Source of the DNA: Octopus sinensis
Lineage: Eukaryota
Direction: 5' to 3'
NCBI RefSeq assembly: GCF_006345805.1
Contig: NC_043007.1
Location: forward strand, 12,524,001 to 12,588,000
DNA: 64,000 nucleotides
The number at the start of each line of letters is the position of its first letter. The stretch's first letter is position 1. The position numbers and the translations under genes were made by a program. The notes beneath the pieces are model-generated. The model did not search any database. It was not told the origin of the DNA and worked only from the letters and a program-made list of their open reading frames with translations. This document shows, in pieces, positions 1-12,266 of this stretch.

Positions 1-45
1 CAAATGACTGAAACAATTAAAAGAGTAAAGAGAGTATACCTAAAG

Positions 46-262
46 AGATGAGCTGGCAGAATTGTTTGAATATTGCTGCAAAATGGTTAGCAACAATTTA
101 TCCATCTTTATGTTCTAAGTTCAACTTCCGTTGAGGTTGACTCTGCTTTTCATCCTTTTGAGATTGATAAATTAAGTCCCAGTTGAACACTTGGTTGGGG
201 TCAAAATAATCAACATAACCCCACCCTCGAAATTGCTGGCCTTGTGCTAAAATTTGAAACCA
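46..262 (+). mobile_element. SINE family A, old copy
   Basis: Degenerate GAGCTGGCAGAA head and central GCTTTTCATCCTTTTGAGATTGATAAATTAAGT block shared with more than 20 copies in the window. Confidence 0.75.
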
Positions 263-906
263 TTCTTAGTGACACCTGTTGTGATTTTGCCTTGTTAATA
301 AACATACACTCATGTATATTCACTTAGTGATTATATCATCACTAGTTCAGCGTATATGAGAAAATGGTCATGATTCAGTGATGAGATCAGAATAAGGCTA
401 AAACATGTCCTGAGTCATCTTTCACACTTGGCCAGAGACTGTAAAAATAATATTAATCATTAACAAACATTATTTTCTTTCTTTTTTTCTCTTACATATT
501 TTTGATTAGATATTTTCTATTCTCCAAGCATTATATATGTTAAAACTAATAGAATTTATAAATTATTTAACCCAGTTCCAGTTTTTAGTTGGCTTCTTTT
601 ATTTTGAATCACTAATGGTGAATGATAACATAGTTGGTTGCAGGTTTCCAACGAGTTATTCACTGGTTTACTGCATTTCTGATACCAACAATTAACTTGG
701 GATCATCTGAACCATTCAGTGTAAGACGAATACCATGCAGGGCATTTTTTATTAAAAGGTACAAGGTTTTTGGTTTTCTTTCAAATGGCTTTTCAGTGCA
801 ATGCATTGGTGAAGTACACACACACACACAAACACACTAACACCTATAATATGTATATATGTATATACGTATATATATATATGTATATGTATATGCATAT
901 ATATAT

Positions 907-1210
907 CATCATCATCATCATCGTTTAATATCCGCTTTCCATGCTAGCATGGGTTGGACAATTTGACTGATGTCTGGTGAACCAGATGGCTGCACCAGGC
1001 TCCAGTCTGATCTGGCAGAATTTCTACAGCTGGATGCCCTTCCTAATGTCAACCACTCCGAGAGTGTAGTGGGTGCTTTTACGTGCCAATGGCATGAGGG
1101 CCAGTCAGATGGTACTGGCAATGGCCACACTCAAATGGTGTTTTTTTACATGCCACCTGCACGGGAGCCAGTCCAGTGGCACTGGCAACGACCTCGCTCG
1201 AATGTTTTCT
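907..1210 (-). mobile_element. SINE/LINE-tail family C with (GAT)n tail
   Basis: Reverse complement of the GAGTGGTTGGCGTTAGGAAGGGCATCCAGCTGTAGAA...GTTAAACGATGATG tail plus internal ~66-bp units. Confidence 0.85.
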
Positions 1211-1249
1211 CATGTGCCACCAGCACAAGTATCATTAAGACGATATATA

Positions 1250-1680
1250 TAGGTGTGGGGGTGGCTGTAAGGTAAGAAATTTGCTTCCCAACCACATGGT
1301 CACAGGTCCTGACACACCATGTAGTCCTTGGGCAAGTGTCTTCTACAATAGCCCCAGGGGCCAACCAAAGCCTAATGAGTGAATTTGGCAGATGGAAGCT
1401 GAAAGAGACCCATCGTATGTGTGTGTATGTGTGTGTATGTGTGTGTATGTGTGCATGTGTTTATGAGTGCATGTGTGTCGGTATTTGTGCTTGTCACTCA
1501 CCACTGCTTGACAATCGTTGTTGGCTTCTTTATGTCCCCATCACTTAGCAGTTCAGTAATAGAGAGTAATATAATAAGTACAAGGCTTCAAAAATAAGTA
1601 CTGGGTTGTTTGGCTATACCTTTCAAGGCAATGCCCCAGCATGGTCACAGTCTAATGACTGAAATGAGTACAACAAGGTG
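1250..1680 (+). mobile_element. tRNA-derived SINE family B
   Basis: GGCTGT..GGTAAG head, CCTTGGGCAAGTGTCTT (CORE-like) block, internal (TG)n, CCAGCATGG..CAGTC..ATGACTGAAA tail. Confidence 0.8.
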
Positions 1681-2746
1681 AAAGAAGATATATATTTATA
1701 TATAATATACATTCATCCATTCATAGTAAATATTCATTCATTCATAGTAAATAAATAAGAAAGGTGTAGTTTTTCTCAACAATGCAAGGTGCATTATATA
1801 GCATTGCATAATTCTGCATTGTTGTGTAACCATTCAATTTCATCAGATGATATTCAGTCTTCAGTTGGCAAAATACAACAACTTCTCTAACAGTGTTTAA
1901 TTACATATTATTATTTAGCATTACTAATAAATAACCATGCTTTTGAAACACATGTAGTGATGTTTTGAATTATCCATTCTTTATTATTTACTAATATAAT
2001 ACATATTATGAATTATCCATTCTTTATTATTTACTAATATAATACATACCAATACCATTGATCATTACATGAATTTTACAGGATGCCTGAGATCAGAAAA
2101 CAACTGTTTTACTCTGCATAGACCACAGTACTGACCAGTTGAAGGATTGGCAATATTTATGTATTCTTTTGGAGTAACCTGTTGCTCTAATATAAATAGA
2201 GGTGGTCTTAATTTAATTTACCAAGATCTATTTGATCCTCATCTCATATATACATGAGTTCTGGAAATGTTATGTATTGTGCTCTCCACCCATGTTACAG
2301 AGACTGAACCCTGCCTCCCATCCATTAGATCTGCCTCCTCTCACTGCACGCCTTCCCCACCTCTGGCTCTTGCACATCCCCAACCATATCATTCTTTCCT
2401 CTTATCCTCCTCCCTGGCAATTGTATCATCTTTACTGCTGGCCCCTCCACTCTCTTCTGCATCCCTTTATTCCCCCCCCCCCCAACTGAAGGCACCTTGT
2501 CTACATCCCTGTAAACTTAGCATTGGTGTGTTTACGTCCCTGTAACTTAGCAGTTCAGCAAAAGAGGCCGGTAGAATAAGTACCAGGCTTGCAAAGAATA
2601 AGTCCTGGGGTCGATTTGTTCTACTAAAGGCGGCGCTCCAGCATGGCCACAGTCAAGTAACTGAGACAAATAACAGAATAAAAGAATTATGCAGTTGATG
2701 TGGTGTAGACCAAAGAAATGTTCTTGAATAGAAAGATTGGAATTTT

Positions 2747-3170
2747 AATAATAATAATAATAATGAAATTATTGTATACAGTGCTCAGGTGCACCACAAC
2801 TTGTCAGAAAGTGCATATAAAGTACATGCAGTAATGTAGAAATGTCTGGAAAGTGAACATGCTTGTGTGTGTATCAAGTGTAGTGTTGGCGAATCTCAGG
2901 AAGCATGGAAGTTTTGAAGGATGCAGTGCTCCGACAACTAACAACCGATGCCGGCAGTTTGTTCCACGCTTCAGCAACTCTCAGCGTGAAAAAATGTTTC
3001 CTGAAGTCATGGGAGCTGTGCTGTTTTCTTACTTTGTAAATATGTCCACGGGTGTTAGATGGGTGGAGTTTGAAGAGGTGCTCAGAGTTACTGTTTGTGC
3101 GATGGTTGATAATTTTATGGGTGTCTGCCAAGTCAGCTGCCAGACATCGGAGTTTCATGGATTCTTCTTG
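2747..3170 (-). mobile_element. CR1-clade LINE 3' fragment
   Basis: ORF 2874-3158 encodes LAADLADTHKII...TRGHIYKVRKQ...RKHFFTLRVAEAWNKLP...FK, the typical CR1 ORF2 C-terminus; 3'UTR and (ATT)n tail follow. Confidence 0.88.
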
Positions 3171-3364
3171 GTCAGTTCCTCTCCTGGTTCCCAGGCCCTC
3201 AATTCCTCTTTTACAGACACACCATATATTTCACAGTTTCCCTGTATTTCTAATAATGGCTCTCTGTCTGTCCTACATTTTCTGTTTTTCCATTTGAATT
3301 AAATGGATTTCATTGTTTTGCTCCAGGAACATTATCAGTTTTCTCTCTTCTAGTATCCCTGCTT

Positions 3365-3744
3365 TTCTGTGTGTGTGTGTATGTGTGTACCTCTCTCTTC
3401 ATCTCTCTCACTCTCTCTCTTCGTCTCTCACTCTCTCTCTCTCTTCGTCTCTCCCTCTCTCTCTCTCTCTCTCTTCGTCTCTCCCCCTCTCGCTCTCTCT
3501 TCGTCTCTCCTCCCTCTCTCTCTCTCTGCTATCTCTCTCTTTCTCCTCCTCCTCCTCCCTCTTTACCTCTCATCCCCTCTCCCTCTCTCTTTCTCTCTTC
3601 CTCCTCCTTTCTCTTTCACTCTTCCCTCTTTCACTTTTCCTCCTCTTTCTTTCACTCCTCCTCCTCCTCTGTTTTTCACTACTCCTCCCTCCCTCTTCCA
3701 CACACCCCTCCCGCATGACAGAGTTTTGGTTGTTTATGACCCTC

Positions 3745-3788
<44 letters not shown>

Positions 3789-3990
3789 TCTCCATCTCTC
3801 TCTCTCTGTCTTTCTATATATCTCTTTCTCTTTACCACTTCATTCCTTTTCACTATCCACAAATCTCAAACGCCTCAATGTCTCTCTCTCTCTCTACCTC
3901 TCTTCCCCTCCTCCCCCTCCACCCACTCTCCAATCCCTCCCTCTCTCACACCTCACCCACCTCTTCCCACCACCCCTCTCTCTCTCTCGT
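3365..3990. repeat. (CT)n/(CTT)n/(CCT)n pyrimidine-rich low-complexity tract
   Basis: Direct inspection; explains the S/L/F-rich ORFs at 3313-4166. Confidence 0.95.
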
Positions 3991-4429
3991 TATTACTTTC
4001 AATTACTGCAACGGAATCCTTCCACCTCGACATACCATCAGTTCTCCTTTGTCAAACATTTTACTGTCACACCAGAACTGACCATCTGTACAAACCAAAC
4101 CAACCAGTTGCTAGATATTTAGCGGCTTACAGAGTAAATACCACATTGTTATTATTAAAACTCTAAGCTGACTGATATGTTTTTTCTATCAACTAACATC
4201 TGTAATACACCCTCATCGAAATCTGGGGTACTTTCACAGTTTGATCCACCTATACACACAGCCAACATATTTACAAACAAACTAACAAGGGATATTGTTT
4301 TCATTCTAATCCATTACCGGATTATAATAGTTGTTTGAAATTTTGGCCCAAGGTCAGCAATTCTAGGTGGAGTTAGTGGTGGGGTTAGTTGATTACATCA
4401 ACCCCAGTATTTGACTGGTATTATGTTTT

Positions 4430-5110
4430 ATTGATGCCAATCCTGTCTGACTGGCTCCTGTGGTATGCTGGTGGTATGTAAAAAGCACCATTCGAGCGTG
4501 GCTAATGCCAGTGCTGTCTGACTGGTTCCTATGCTGGTGGCACATAAACAGTGCCATTTGAGCATGGCTGATACCAGTGCCACCTGACTGGCACCCATGC
4601 CAGTGAAACCCACGCCAGTGGCACCCATGCTAGTGGCACACAAAAGGCACCATTTGAGCATGGTCAATGTCAGTGCCACCTGACTGGCACTCGTGCTGGT
4701 GGCATGTAAAAAGCACCATTTGTGCGTGGCCAATGCCAGTGCTGCCTGACTGGCTCCCATGCCAGTGGCACACAAAAAGCACCATTTGAGCATGGTCGAT
4801 GTCAGTGCTGCCTGACTGGCACCACTGGGCTGGTGACACATAAAAAGCACCATTCGAGTGTGGTCTATTCCAGTGCTACCTGACTGGCTCCCATTCCAGT
4901 GGCATGTAAAAAGCATCCAGCACACTCACAGAGTGGTTGGTGTTAGGAAGGGCATCCAGCTGTAGAAACACTGCCAGATCAGACTGGAGCCTGGTGCAGC
5001 CTCCTGGCTTCTCAGACCCCAGTCAAACTGTCCAACCCATGCCAGAATGGAAAGCAGACGTTAAACAATGACAACAACGATGACGATGACAATAACGACA
5101 ATGATGATGA
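4430..5110 (+). mobile_element. Family C element with about seven internal ~66-bp units
   Basis: AAAAAGCACC anchor at ~4480, 4545, 4642, 4708, 4774, 4842 and 4908, followed by the standard family-C tail. Confidence 0.88.
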
Positions 5111-5165
5111 TGAGAAAGGGTTCAAATAAAACCTGTGATAAAGAGAAATAATAATAATAATGATG

Positions 5166-5222
<57 letters not shown>

Positions 5223-5715
5223 GGGAACACAAACCACCCCCAGCGCTTGAAAATGATCACATCTCACTCCTCTGGAACTTCACCATTCAAACTGACAGAA
5301 AGATAGATGCAAATAGGTCAGACATCATATTGAAAGACTTCAGAAAAAAATCATGCCTCCTCATTGATATGACTGTCCCAATCGATATAAACGTATCTGT
5401 CAAGACCTACCAAAAACTGAGCAAATATAAAGATCTTGAAATAGAAATTAGCAAAATGTGGAACCTGAAGACTAAAACAATACCTGTTGTCATAGGTGCC
5501 CTGGGGATGATAGCAAAAGGGGCTGATTGCTATCTAGCTCAGATACCAGGAAACCTCAAAATGGCAGAAATTCAAAAGATAGTGCTCATGGGAACTGTCC
5601 ATGTCCTTCATAAAATACTGTCTATGTAATCTCAAGTTTTAAAACAAACATAATTTTCTTATGGCTTCTTAAACATTCTCTAGAACAACACTATGTACAA
5701 AACCAAATACATGGC
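5223..5715 (+). mobile_element. R4/Dong-clade non-LTR retrotransposon 3' fragment (restriction-like endonuclease domain)
   Basis: ORF 5135-5629 encodes LLWNFTIQTDRKIDANRSDII...LLIDMTVPID...KLSKYKDLEIEISKMWNL...IPVVIGALG, with RPD-like and KY motifs; 5' end abuts (TAA)n at 5148-5222. Confidence 0.88.
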
Positions 5716-6729
5716 ACCTTTTCGGAGTCAATTAAATAAGTACCAGTTACGCACTGGGGTCAATATAATCGACTTAATCCATTTGTTTGTCTCCTCTGTG
5801 TGTAGCCCCTTATGGGCAGTAAAAAAATAAGAAACTGAATGAAGCCTGTTGCATAAATATGTTTGTGCGTGTGGGTGTTTGTGTGCATTCACGTATGTGT
5901 GTGTATGTGTGTGTGTGTGTGTGGGTGCATATGTGTGTGTGTGTGTCTGTCTGTCTGGTTAGGTTGTTAGACTCATGACCGTAAGATTGTGGTTTCAATT
6001 CCAGTACCAGGTGCTCCATTCCACTCAGCGGACAAAAATGAGTAATCCTGCAATGGGCCAGCATCCCATCCAGGTAGGGAACTTATACACCATGAAAACC
6101 AAGGATCCAGCCCTTATGTGTCGGCCTGGCTCGAGAAGTAACTTTGACCTTTACCCTGTTCTCAAACCTTTTCTCTTCATCTCCTCATGTGAAGCTGTTC
6201 CCTTGAAGTTCATAGTTTTTCAAGCTGTATGGTAACTTCACAAGTGCTGGTGCTACAAAAAAAGGGGCCAGTACCAAGGGCTTGGGATTAGGAAGTGCAT
6301 CCAGCAATAGAAACCATGCCTAAACAAAACTGGACCATGATGCCATCCTTGGACACCTCACATCTTGTCAAAGCATCTGACCCATGCCAGCATGGTACAG
6401 AGATGTTAAATAATGATGATAAATCCCTCGGGTTTCATAATCTAATATGTCATGTATGCTTTAAGTTTGAGTCCAAAATCTGACTGTTATTTCTAGCAGG
6501 TTGAGTGCAAACACTCGGAGGCTGCGTTGTTTCTAATTGTAGTGTAAATGATATCTGTACGTGAGTGTTATTTACCAATCGTTCTGTGTAAACTCCCCTC
6601 GCAATAAAATGGCACAAAAATGGAAATATCATTGTAGACAAATATAAGAAGAAAAAAAAGACAATTGCTTGTAGCTTTTCTAAATGTCAAATAAGACAGA
6701 TAATTAAACATCATTCAGAGTCACTTAAA

Positions 6730-7207
<478 letters not shown>

Positions 7208-7775
7208 CAGGGGTGAACAAAATAATGGAAACACCTTAAAATTTCAAATAAATTAATTTTAATATCTGGCTTAGTGCAGCTTTGTGCAGCTCCTGGCAAA
7301 CAGTTTTTGTGGAAACTGGGTTCTCGAGGTGGTCATTAAACACTGCAGTAATTTAGGGAGCAGTACTTTTGTGATCCTTTCTAACAATTTGCATAAGAGT
7401 CTAACGGTCCCTATCTGAAAGCTTTGGTTTTCTTCCAGGGTTTTGATTCAACGAAGAGGTTTTTCCCTTCTTCTCAAAGGCTGTCATTACTTTCGAGACT
7501 ACTTCTTGATACACCAAACATTTCGACTGTTTTCGTTACGCTCATGCCTGCCTTACGAACACCAACAATTTGAAAGTCCAATAGATACGTCCTTTCAATG
7601 AATTTTAAATAACTTTTTCTGATGATATCTGAAAAGAAACAGCAATTTTAACAAAACATATTAAGTAACACTAATAATAAATAAAAAAACCTTGAAAATA
7701 AACAAGCTTTTGACGGTTTTATAGATATTTCAAAATTATGATGCTAGGTGTTTCCATTATTTTGTCCAACACCTG
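7208..7775 (-). mobile_element. Internally deleted Tc1-like transposon
   Basis: Terminal inverted repeats (TIRs) CAGG(G/T)GT..ACAAAATAATGGAAACACC, TA on both flanks; minus strand encodes a broken paired-HTH region (DFQIVGVRKAGMSVTKTVEMFGVSR...GRKPKLSDRDR...[14 protein letters not shown]). Confidence 0.9.
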
Positions 7776-7780
7776 TATAT

Positions 7781-8160
7781 AGGTGCACGAGTGGCTGTGT
7801 GGTAAGAAGCTTGCTTACCAACCACATGGTTCCAGGTTCAGTCCCACAGTGTGGCACCTTGGGCTAGTGTCTTCTACTATAGCCTTGGGACAACCAAAGC
7901 CTTATGAGTGGATTTGGTAGACGGAAACTGAAAGAAGCTCATCATATATGTTTATATATGTATGTATTTGTGTGTCTGTGTTTGTCTGCCCACCATTGCT
8001 TTACAACCGATGTTGGTGTGTTTACATCCCTGTAACTTAGTGGTTTGGCAAAAGAGTCTGATAGAATAAGTACTATTCTTACAAAGAATAAGCCCTGGGG
8101 TCGATTTGTTTGACTAAAGGCAGTGCTCCAGCATGGCCGCTGTCAAATGACTGAAACAAA
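7781..8160 (+). mobile_element. SINE family B, tail interrupted by a Helitron
   Basis: Full head and body; the tail CTGAAACAAA|TAAAAGAATAAA is split between 8160 and 9113. Confidence 0.9.
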
Positions 8161-9112
8161 TCTCTCTATATATAAACGGCAGTTTGTCTGTCTGTGTGTC
8201 TGTCAGGTTGAACCCTCACCCTGACCACGGCTTTCAACCGATTCTGATGAAACTTGACACACACATAGCCCAATGTCATAATTCAAAACTAACGGAGCGA
8301 AAAGTTTGAAAAGTTTCCCCAATTCTGAAAAAAATCGATAAATTCGACATGGGGTCAAGAATCAGAAACACAAACCACAGACTGTCTAGGGGACGCAACT
8401 CGACCTTTTTAACTCTCAACTCCATCAATATCCAGCTACTTGAAGCTATTGCTGGTGATGTCCACGTCTACAAATCTATTGATAGGACAGCAGACCCCGC
8501 CGAGCTTGCCGATTATCCTGTTGAATTCCTGAATTCACTTGAACCGCCAGGCCTGCCACCACACATCCTGAAGTTAAAAGTCGGTGCGCCCATTATGCTC
8601 ATCAGGAATTTGGTTCCACTTAAACAGTGCAACGGCACACGTCTGGTTGTGAAACATTTGCCACCACATTTAATAACGGCCACAATACTTACCGGTTGTG
8701 GGAAGGGAGAGGACGTCTTCATTCCATGCATGCACCTTCAACCGTCGGGCGCTGACCTACCAATCCACTTCAGGCGTTCTCAGTTTCCTGTTAAACCCTG
8801 CTTCGCAATGTCCATCAATAAATCCCAAGGCCAAACGCTACAAGTCGCTGGGTTACAGTTGGGCGAACAGTGCTTCGCCCACGGTCAACTCTACGTGGGC
8901 TGTTCACGCGTTGGGAGGCGCAATGATGTTTTCATGTTTTCGCCCAAAGGGACAGCTAGGAACATCGTATACACAGAAGTATTCGAGTGAAGAGAAGACA
9001 TTGCAACCTACACATGCGCCTTCGTTCCCTAGAGGGAAAGGACTACATTGGGATTAGTCGTTGCCTACTAGGGGCTCTTACATACCCGGGCAACGCCGGG
9101 CTATGCTGCTAG
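8161..9112 (+). mobile_element. Helitron internal-deletion derivative
   Basis: 5' TCTCTCTATATATAAA, 3' hairpin CCCGGGCAACGCCGGG (9085-9100) then CTAG (9109-9112); inserted between host A8160 and T9113 with no TSD. Confidence 0.93.
8349..8990 (+). CDS. Truncated Helitron PIF1-family helicase (C-terminal half) fused to an ATG from the element 5' region; expression unknown
   Basis: YPVEFLNSL.PPGLPPH.L.LKVGAPIML.RNL...CNGTRL, QFPV...FAMSINKSQGQTL and FAHGQLYVGCSRV motifs present; no Walker A/B and no Rep domain. Confidence 0.6.
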   Translation: MGSRIRNTNHRLSRGRNSTFLTLNSINIQLLEAIAGDVHVYKSIDRTADPAELADYPVEFLNSLEPPGLPPHILKLKVGAPIMLIRNLVPLKQCNGTRLVVKHLPPHLITATILTGCGKGEDVFIPCMHLQPSGADLPIHFRRSQFPVKPCFAMSINKSQGQTLQVAGLQLGEQCFAHGQLYVGCSRVGRRNDVFMFSPKGTARNIVYTEVFE

Positions 9113-9614
9113 TAAAAGAATAAACGAATGAGTATATATACATGTATGTACATGCATGCATGCACGCATGTGTGTGGGGGTCTGTGTGTGCACATACGAG
9201 CACAATGGATTTTATATACAATTTCTGTCTACCAAATTGACTCATAAGACCACATTGTCCAAGGGATACAATAGAAGATTTTGTACCCAAGGTACAAAAA
9301 AGTGGTGCTCAGCACCCCACCACCACCACCACCACCTCCTCCAACCCCACCACACACTTACACTCTGATCCCAAATCACATGTTGTAGAAGCAAACATGT
9401 TAATTACACCACCATGCCAGCCTATTTTTATGTTAATTCTATTGTGAACATGTGCATTGATACACATCACTATCACTGATTTAGCATTCAGTAGGGCAAC
9501 ACAATAAAGCCATGAAATAGTGACCTAGTAAAGAAATATGTAAATGGCTGAAACACTGACCCACAAAAAATAAACGAAAATTTTAGAACATCAGAAGACA
9601 AACTCTTACCTTAA

Positions 9615-9812
9615 CCCTTTCGTAACTGTATTTATTTTCAGGTGCTCTGTATTTCTTCCAATTATTTTAAATATAACAAAGAATTTAGTAAAATAACTTA
9701 GTTATCATTAAGCTAGTTTTAGGAACATAAATTGTGACAAAGGTTTGGTGGAAGAACTTTTAAAAACAAGACATTTGTACTACAGAGCCAGAAGCGGCTT
9801 CAGGCAGGCTGA
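9615..9812. mobile_element. TTAA-flanked MITE, truncated copy
   Basis: Begins TTAA|CCCTTTCGTAAC and is homologous to 9840-10059. Confidence 0.7.
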
Positions 9813-9839
9813 GAATTGTTTCTCTATTATATATTTTAA

Positions 9840-10059
9840 CCCTTTTGTTACCATATTTCTGTTGAGATGCTCTGTGTTTCTTTCAATTAATTTTAAAATA
9901 TAACAAAGAATTTAGGAAAATAACTTAGTTATCATGAAGCTAGTGTTAGGAACATAAATTGTGACTAAGGTTTGGTGGAAGATTTTAATTCAGAACTTAT
10001 GAAAACAAGACATTTATACTCAGAGCCAGTCGGTTTCAGCCAGGTTGGTAATGAAAGGG
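9840..10059. mobile_element. TTAA-flanked (piggyBac-like) MITE
   Basis: TIRs CCCTTTTGTTACC / GGTAATGAAAGGG; TTAA at 9836-9839 and 10060-10063. Confidence 0.85.
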
Positions 10060-10063
10060 TTAA

Positions 10064-10773
10064 CCCATTAGCAATTAAACTGGCCACATCTGGCCAGTTT
10101 TACATTCAAATTGGCCATATCTAACCCCTCACACCTAGCCTACACTAACATTTTAAAGATAATCAATCACATTATCAAAACCTCAAATCCATAAGATAAT
10201 GCATGGTTAATCCAAAATATTTTGAGTAAAAATGCATGATTGGGTTGGTGCATAATTATTGCGGCTTTTTTTTCAACAAATTTCATTCAACAAAAACAAT
10301 AACAACATGTAACAAAAACATCTTTAAGTGATTATTCCAGAGCATATTCACCATCTACTTCAATTACTGCTTCCCATTTGCTTCGCAGACGGTAAGACTG
10401 TCATTTAAAGATGTTTTGTTAAATATTGTGAAGTATATTTGCCACTTAAATGTGGCTAACCCCTAAAGATGGATGCAACTGTAGCTTGTAGCCCCAGGAA
10501 GACACCTCCTCCAGCTGGCTATTGACACACTTTCTGTGCCCTATCAGTATTTGCAAAGGGAAGCCATCCTTCCCATCTTCAACCTATGATACACATGGAC
10601 TCGAGTTTCTGGGTATTGACTCATCATCAGCGTGTGACAATCACACCTCGCTCAGAGACTTATTATTGTTCAATATTGTTATTGTTTTTGTTGAATAAAA
10701 TTTGTTGAAAAAAATCCGCAATAATTATGCCCCAACACAATACATTTAACAAGATAATCTGAACACCAAAGAG
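10064..10773. mobile_element. Second TTAA MITE family, host of a nested mariner
   Basis: TTAA at both ends; both halves are homologous to the uninterrupted copy near 61170-61395. Confidence 0.7.
10240..10740 (-). mobile_element. Non-autonomous mariner with Hsmar1/cecropia-like TIRs
   Basis: About 65-bp inverted ends TTGGGTTGGTGCATAATTATTGCGG...; the minus strand retains the transposase C-terminus RLRSKWEAVIEVDGEY. Confidence 0.85.
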
Positions 10774-10886
10774 TTAAAAATCTCTTGATTCTAGATTCAG
10801 CTTCCCTGTCAGGAATTTCCTCTCTAATTCTACTATAGATTCAGCTATGAGAACATGATTATCAGTATATAGTAAGTTCCCATGAA

Positions 10887-11294
10887 GGCAGCGAGCTTGC
10901 AGAAACATTAGCACACCGGGCGAAATGCTCAGCGGTATTTCGTCTGCTGCTACGTTCCGAGTTCAAATTTCAACTTTGCCTTTCATCCTTTCGGGGTCGG
11001 TAAATTAAGTGCCAGTTACACACTGGGGATCGATGTAATCGATTTAATCTGTTTGTCTGTCCTTGTTTGTCCTCTCTGTGTTTAGTCCTTTGTGGGTAGT
11101 AAAGAAATAGGTATTTCGTCTGCCGTTACGTTCTGAGTTCAAATTCCGCCAAGGTCGACTTTGCCTTTCATCCTTTCAGGGTTGATAAATAAAGTATCCA
11201 GTTATGCACTGGGGGTCGATGTAATCGACTTAATCCCTTTGTCTGGCCTTGTTTGTCCCCTCTATGTTTAGCCCCTTGTGGGCAATAAAGAAAT
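10887..11294 (+). mobile_element. SINE family A dimer
   Basis: Head plus two body units; flanked by a TATATAGTAAG(T/C)TCCCATG direct repeat. Confidence 0.88.
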
Positions 11295-11304
11295 ATATAT
11301 AGTA

Positions 11305-11640
11305 AGCTCCCATGGACAGGTAGTCTTTCTCTCCTCTATATTGACCTGTAGGATTGTTATGACCAGAAGGAGACTGAGGACTGAACTTTGAGGGATTCCT
11401 ACCCACAAGCTAAATTTGTTACTAAAATTATTGTTGACCTGTACTCTACTTACCACTCACTTTACCTGCTGTCTTTATACGTCACTTGTGCAGCACTCAC
11501 AAACTGGTCAACTGCACCAAGTTTCCTTTGTGGCCACAAGATCAGTGAACATAATACTCTGTCAAACATCTTCTCCAAGTCAATAAATGCCAGCAATAGG
11601 GGTTTACTCTTAGCCAAATGTTTCTCCTACATATGTTGGA
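11305..11640 (-). pseudogene. Degenerate RTE-clade reverse-transcriptase fragment
   Basis: Manual minus-strand translation gives EKHLAKSKPLLLAFIDLEKMFDRV...RKLG...VQVNNNFSNKFSLWVGIPQSSVLSLLLV...TCPWEL, with stops. Confidence 0.8.
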
Positions 11641-11755
11641 CATATGTTGGACAACAGAGGTTTAAATTAAATATACTGCATAAATGACTGTAACAATAAA
11701 AAAATTTGTAGATGTATTATTCTTCTCATTCATTGAATTTTCTAATATATATGTG

Positions 11756-11792
<37 letters not shown>

Positions 11793-12074
11793 AATACATA
11801 TATGTGTGCATATTTATATTTATATGCATATATGTGAGTATGTGTGTGTATGTATATATATATATATATGCATGTGTGTGTTTGTGTACATATATACACA
11901 CACACATACACACTCACACACACACACACACTCATACACACACACACACATAAGATATTAAGCAAAGCAATGCCAAAGTGTGTTGCTTTAACCATTCCAT
12001 AGATTCCAAAGTACAATACAATACCAGCACACTTTGGACAATTGTCCTTCAAATAGAACACCTAACATGCATCA

Positions 12075-12186
12075 GAGTGGGCAGCTGCACATGAAAAGTG
12101 CAAGTGGGTGGCTGCACACAATAAGAGCAAGTGGGTGGCTGCACACAAATGTGCAAGTGGGTGTCTGCACATTATAATGCAAGTGG
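12075..12186. repeat. 26-27-bp tandem array (GCAAGTGGGTGGCTGCACAC core)
   Basis: GCAAGTGG starts at 12100, 12127, 12153 and 12179, with a partial unit at 12075. Confidence 0.85.
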
Positions 12187-12266
12187 ACGGTTTCTTTTAC
12201 TGCGAGTATAATAACAATGCAGTTCTTGACACAGATATGCATTTTAATATTAGATGCATTTGTATG

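Noticed and set aside
647-726. Possible short exon (TTGCAG|...AGT|GTAAGA) and an antisense ~48-aa frame
   Set aside because: Weak acceptor and no recognisable protein in either orientation.
1967-2049. 43-bp direct tandem duplication
   Set aside because: Ordinary slippage duplication in AT-rich DNA.
4430-4925. Regularly spaced repeats that could suggest a CRISPR array
   Set aside because: The whole ~66-bp units are homologous, so there are no unique spacers; the context is eukaryotic, no cas genes are present, and the array is part of family C.
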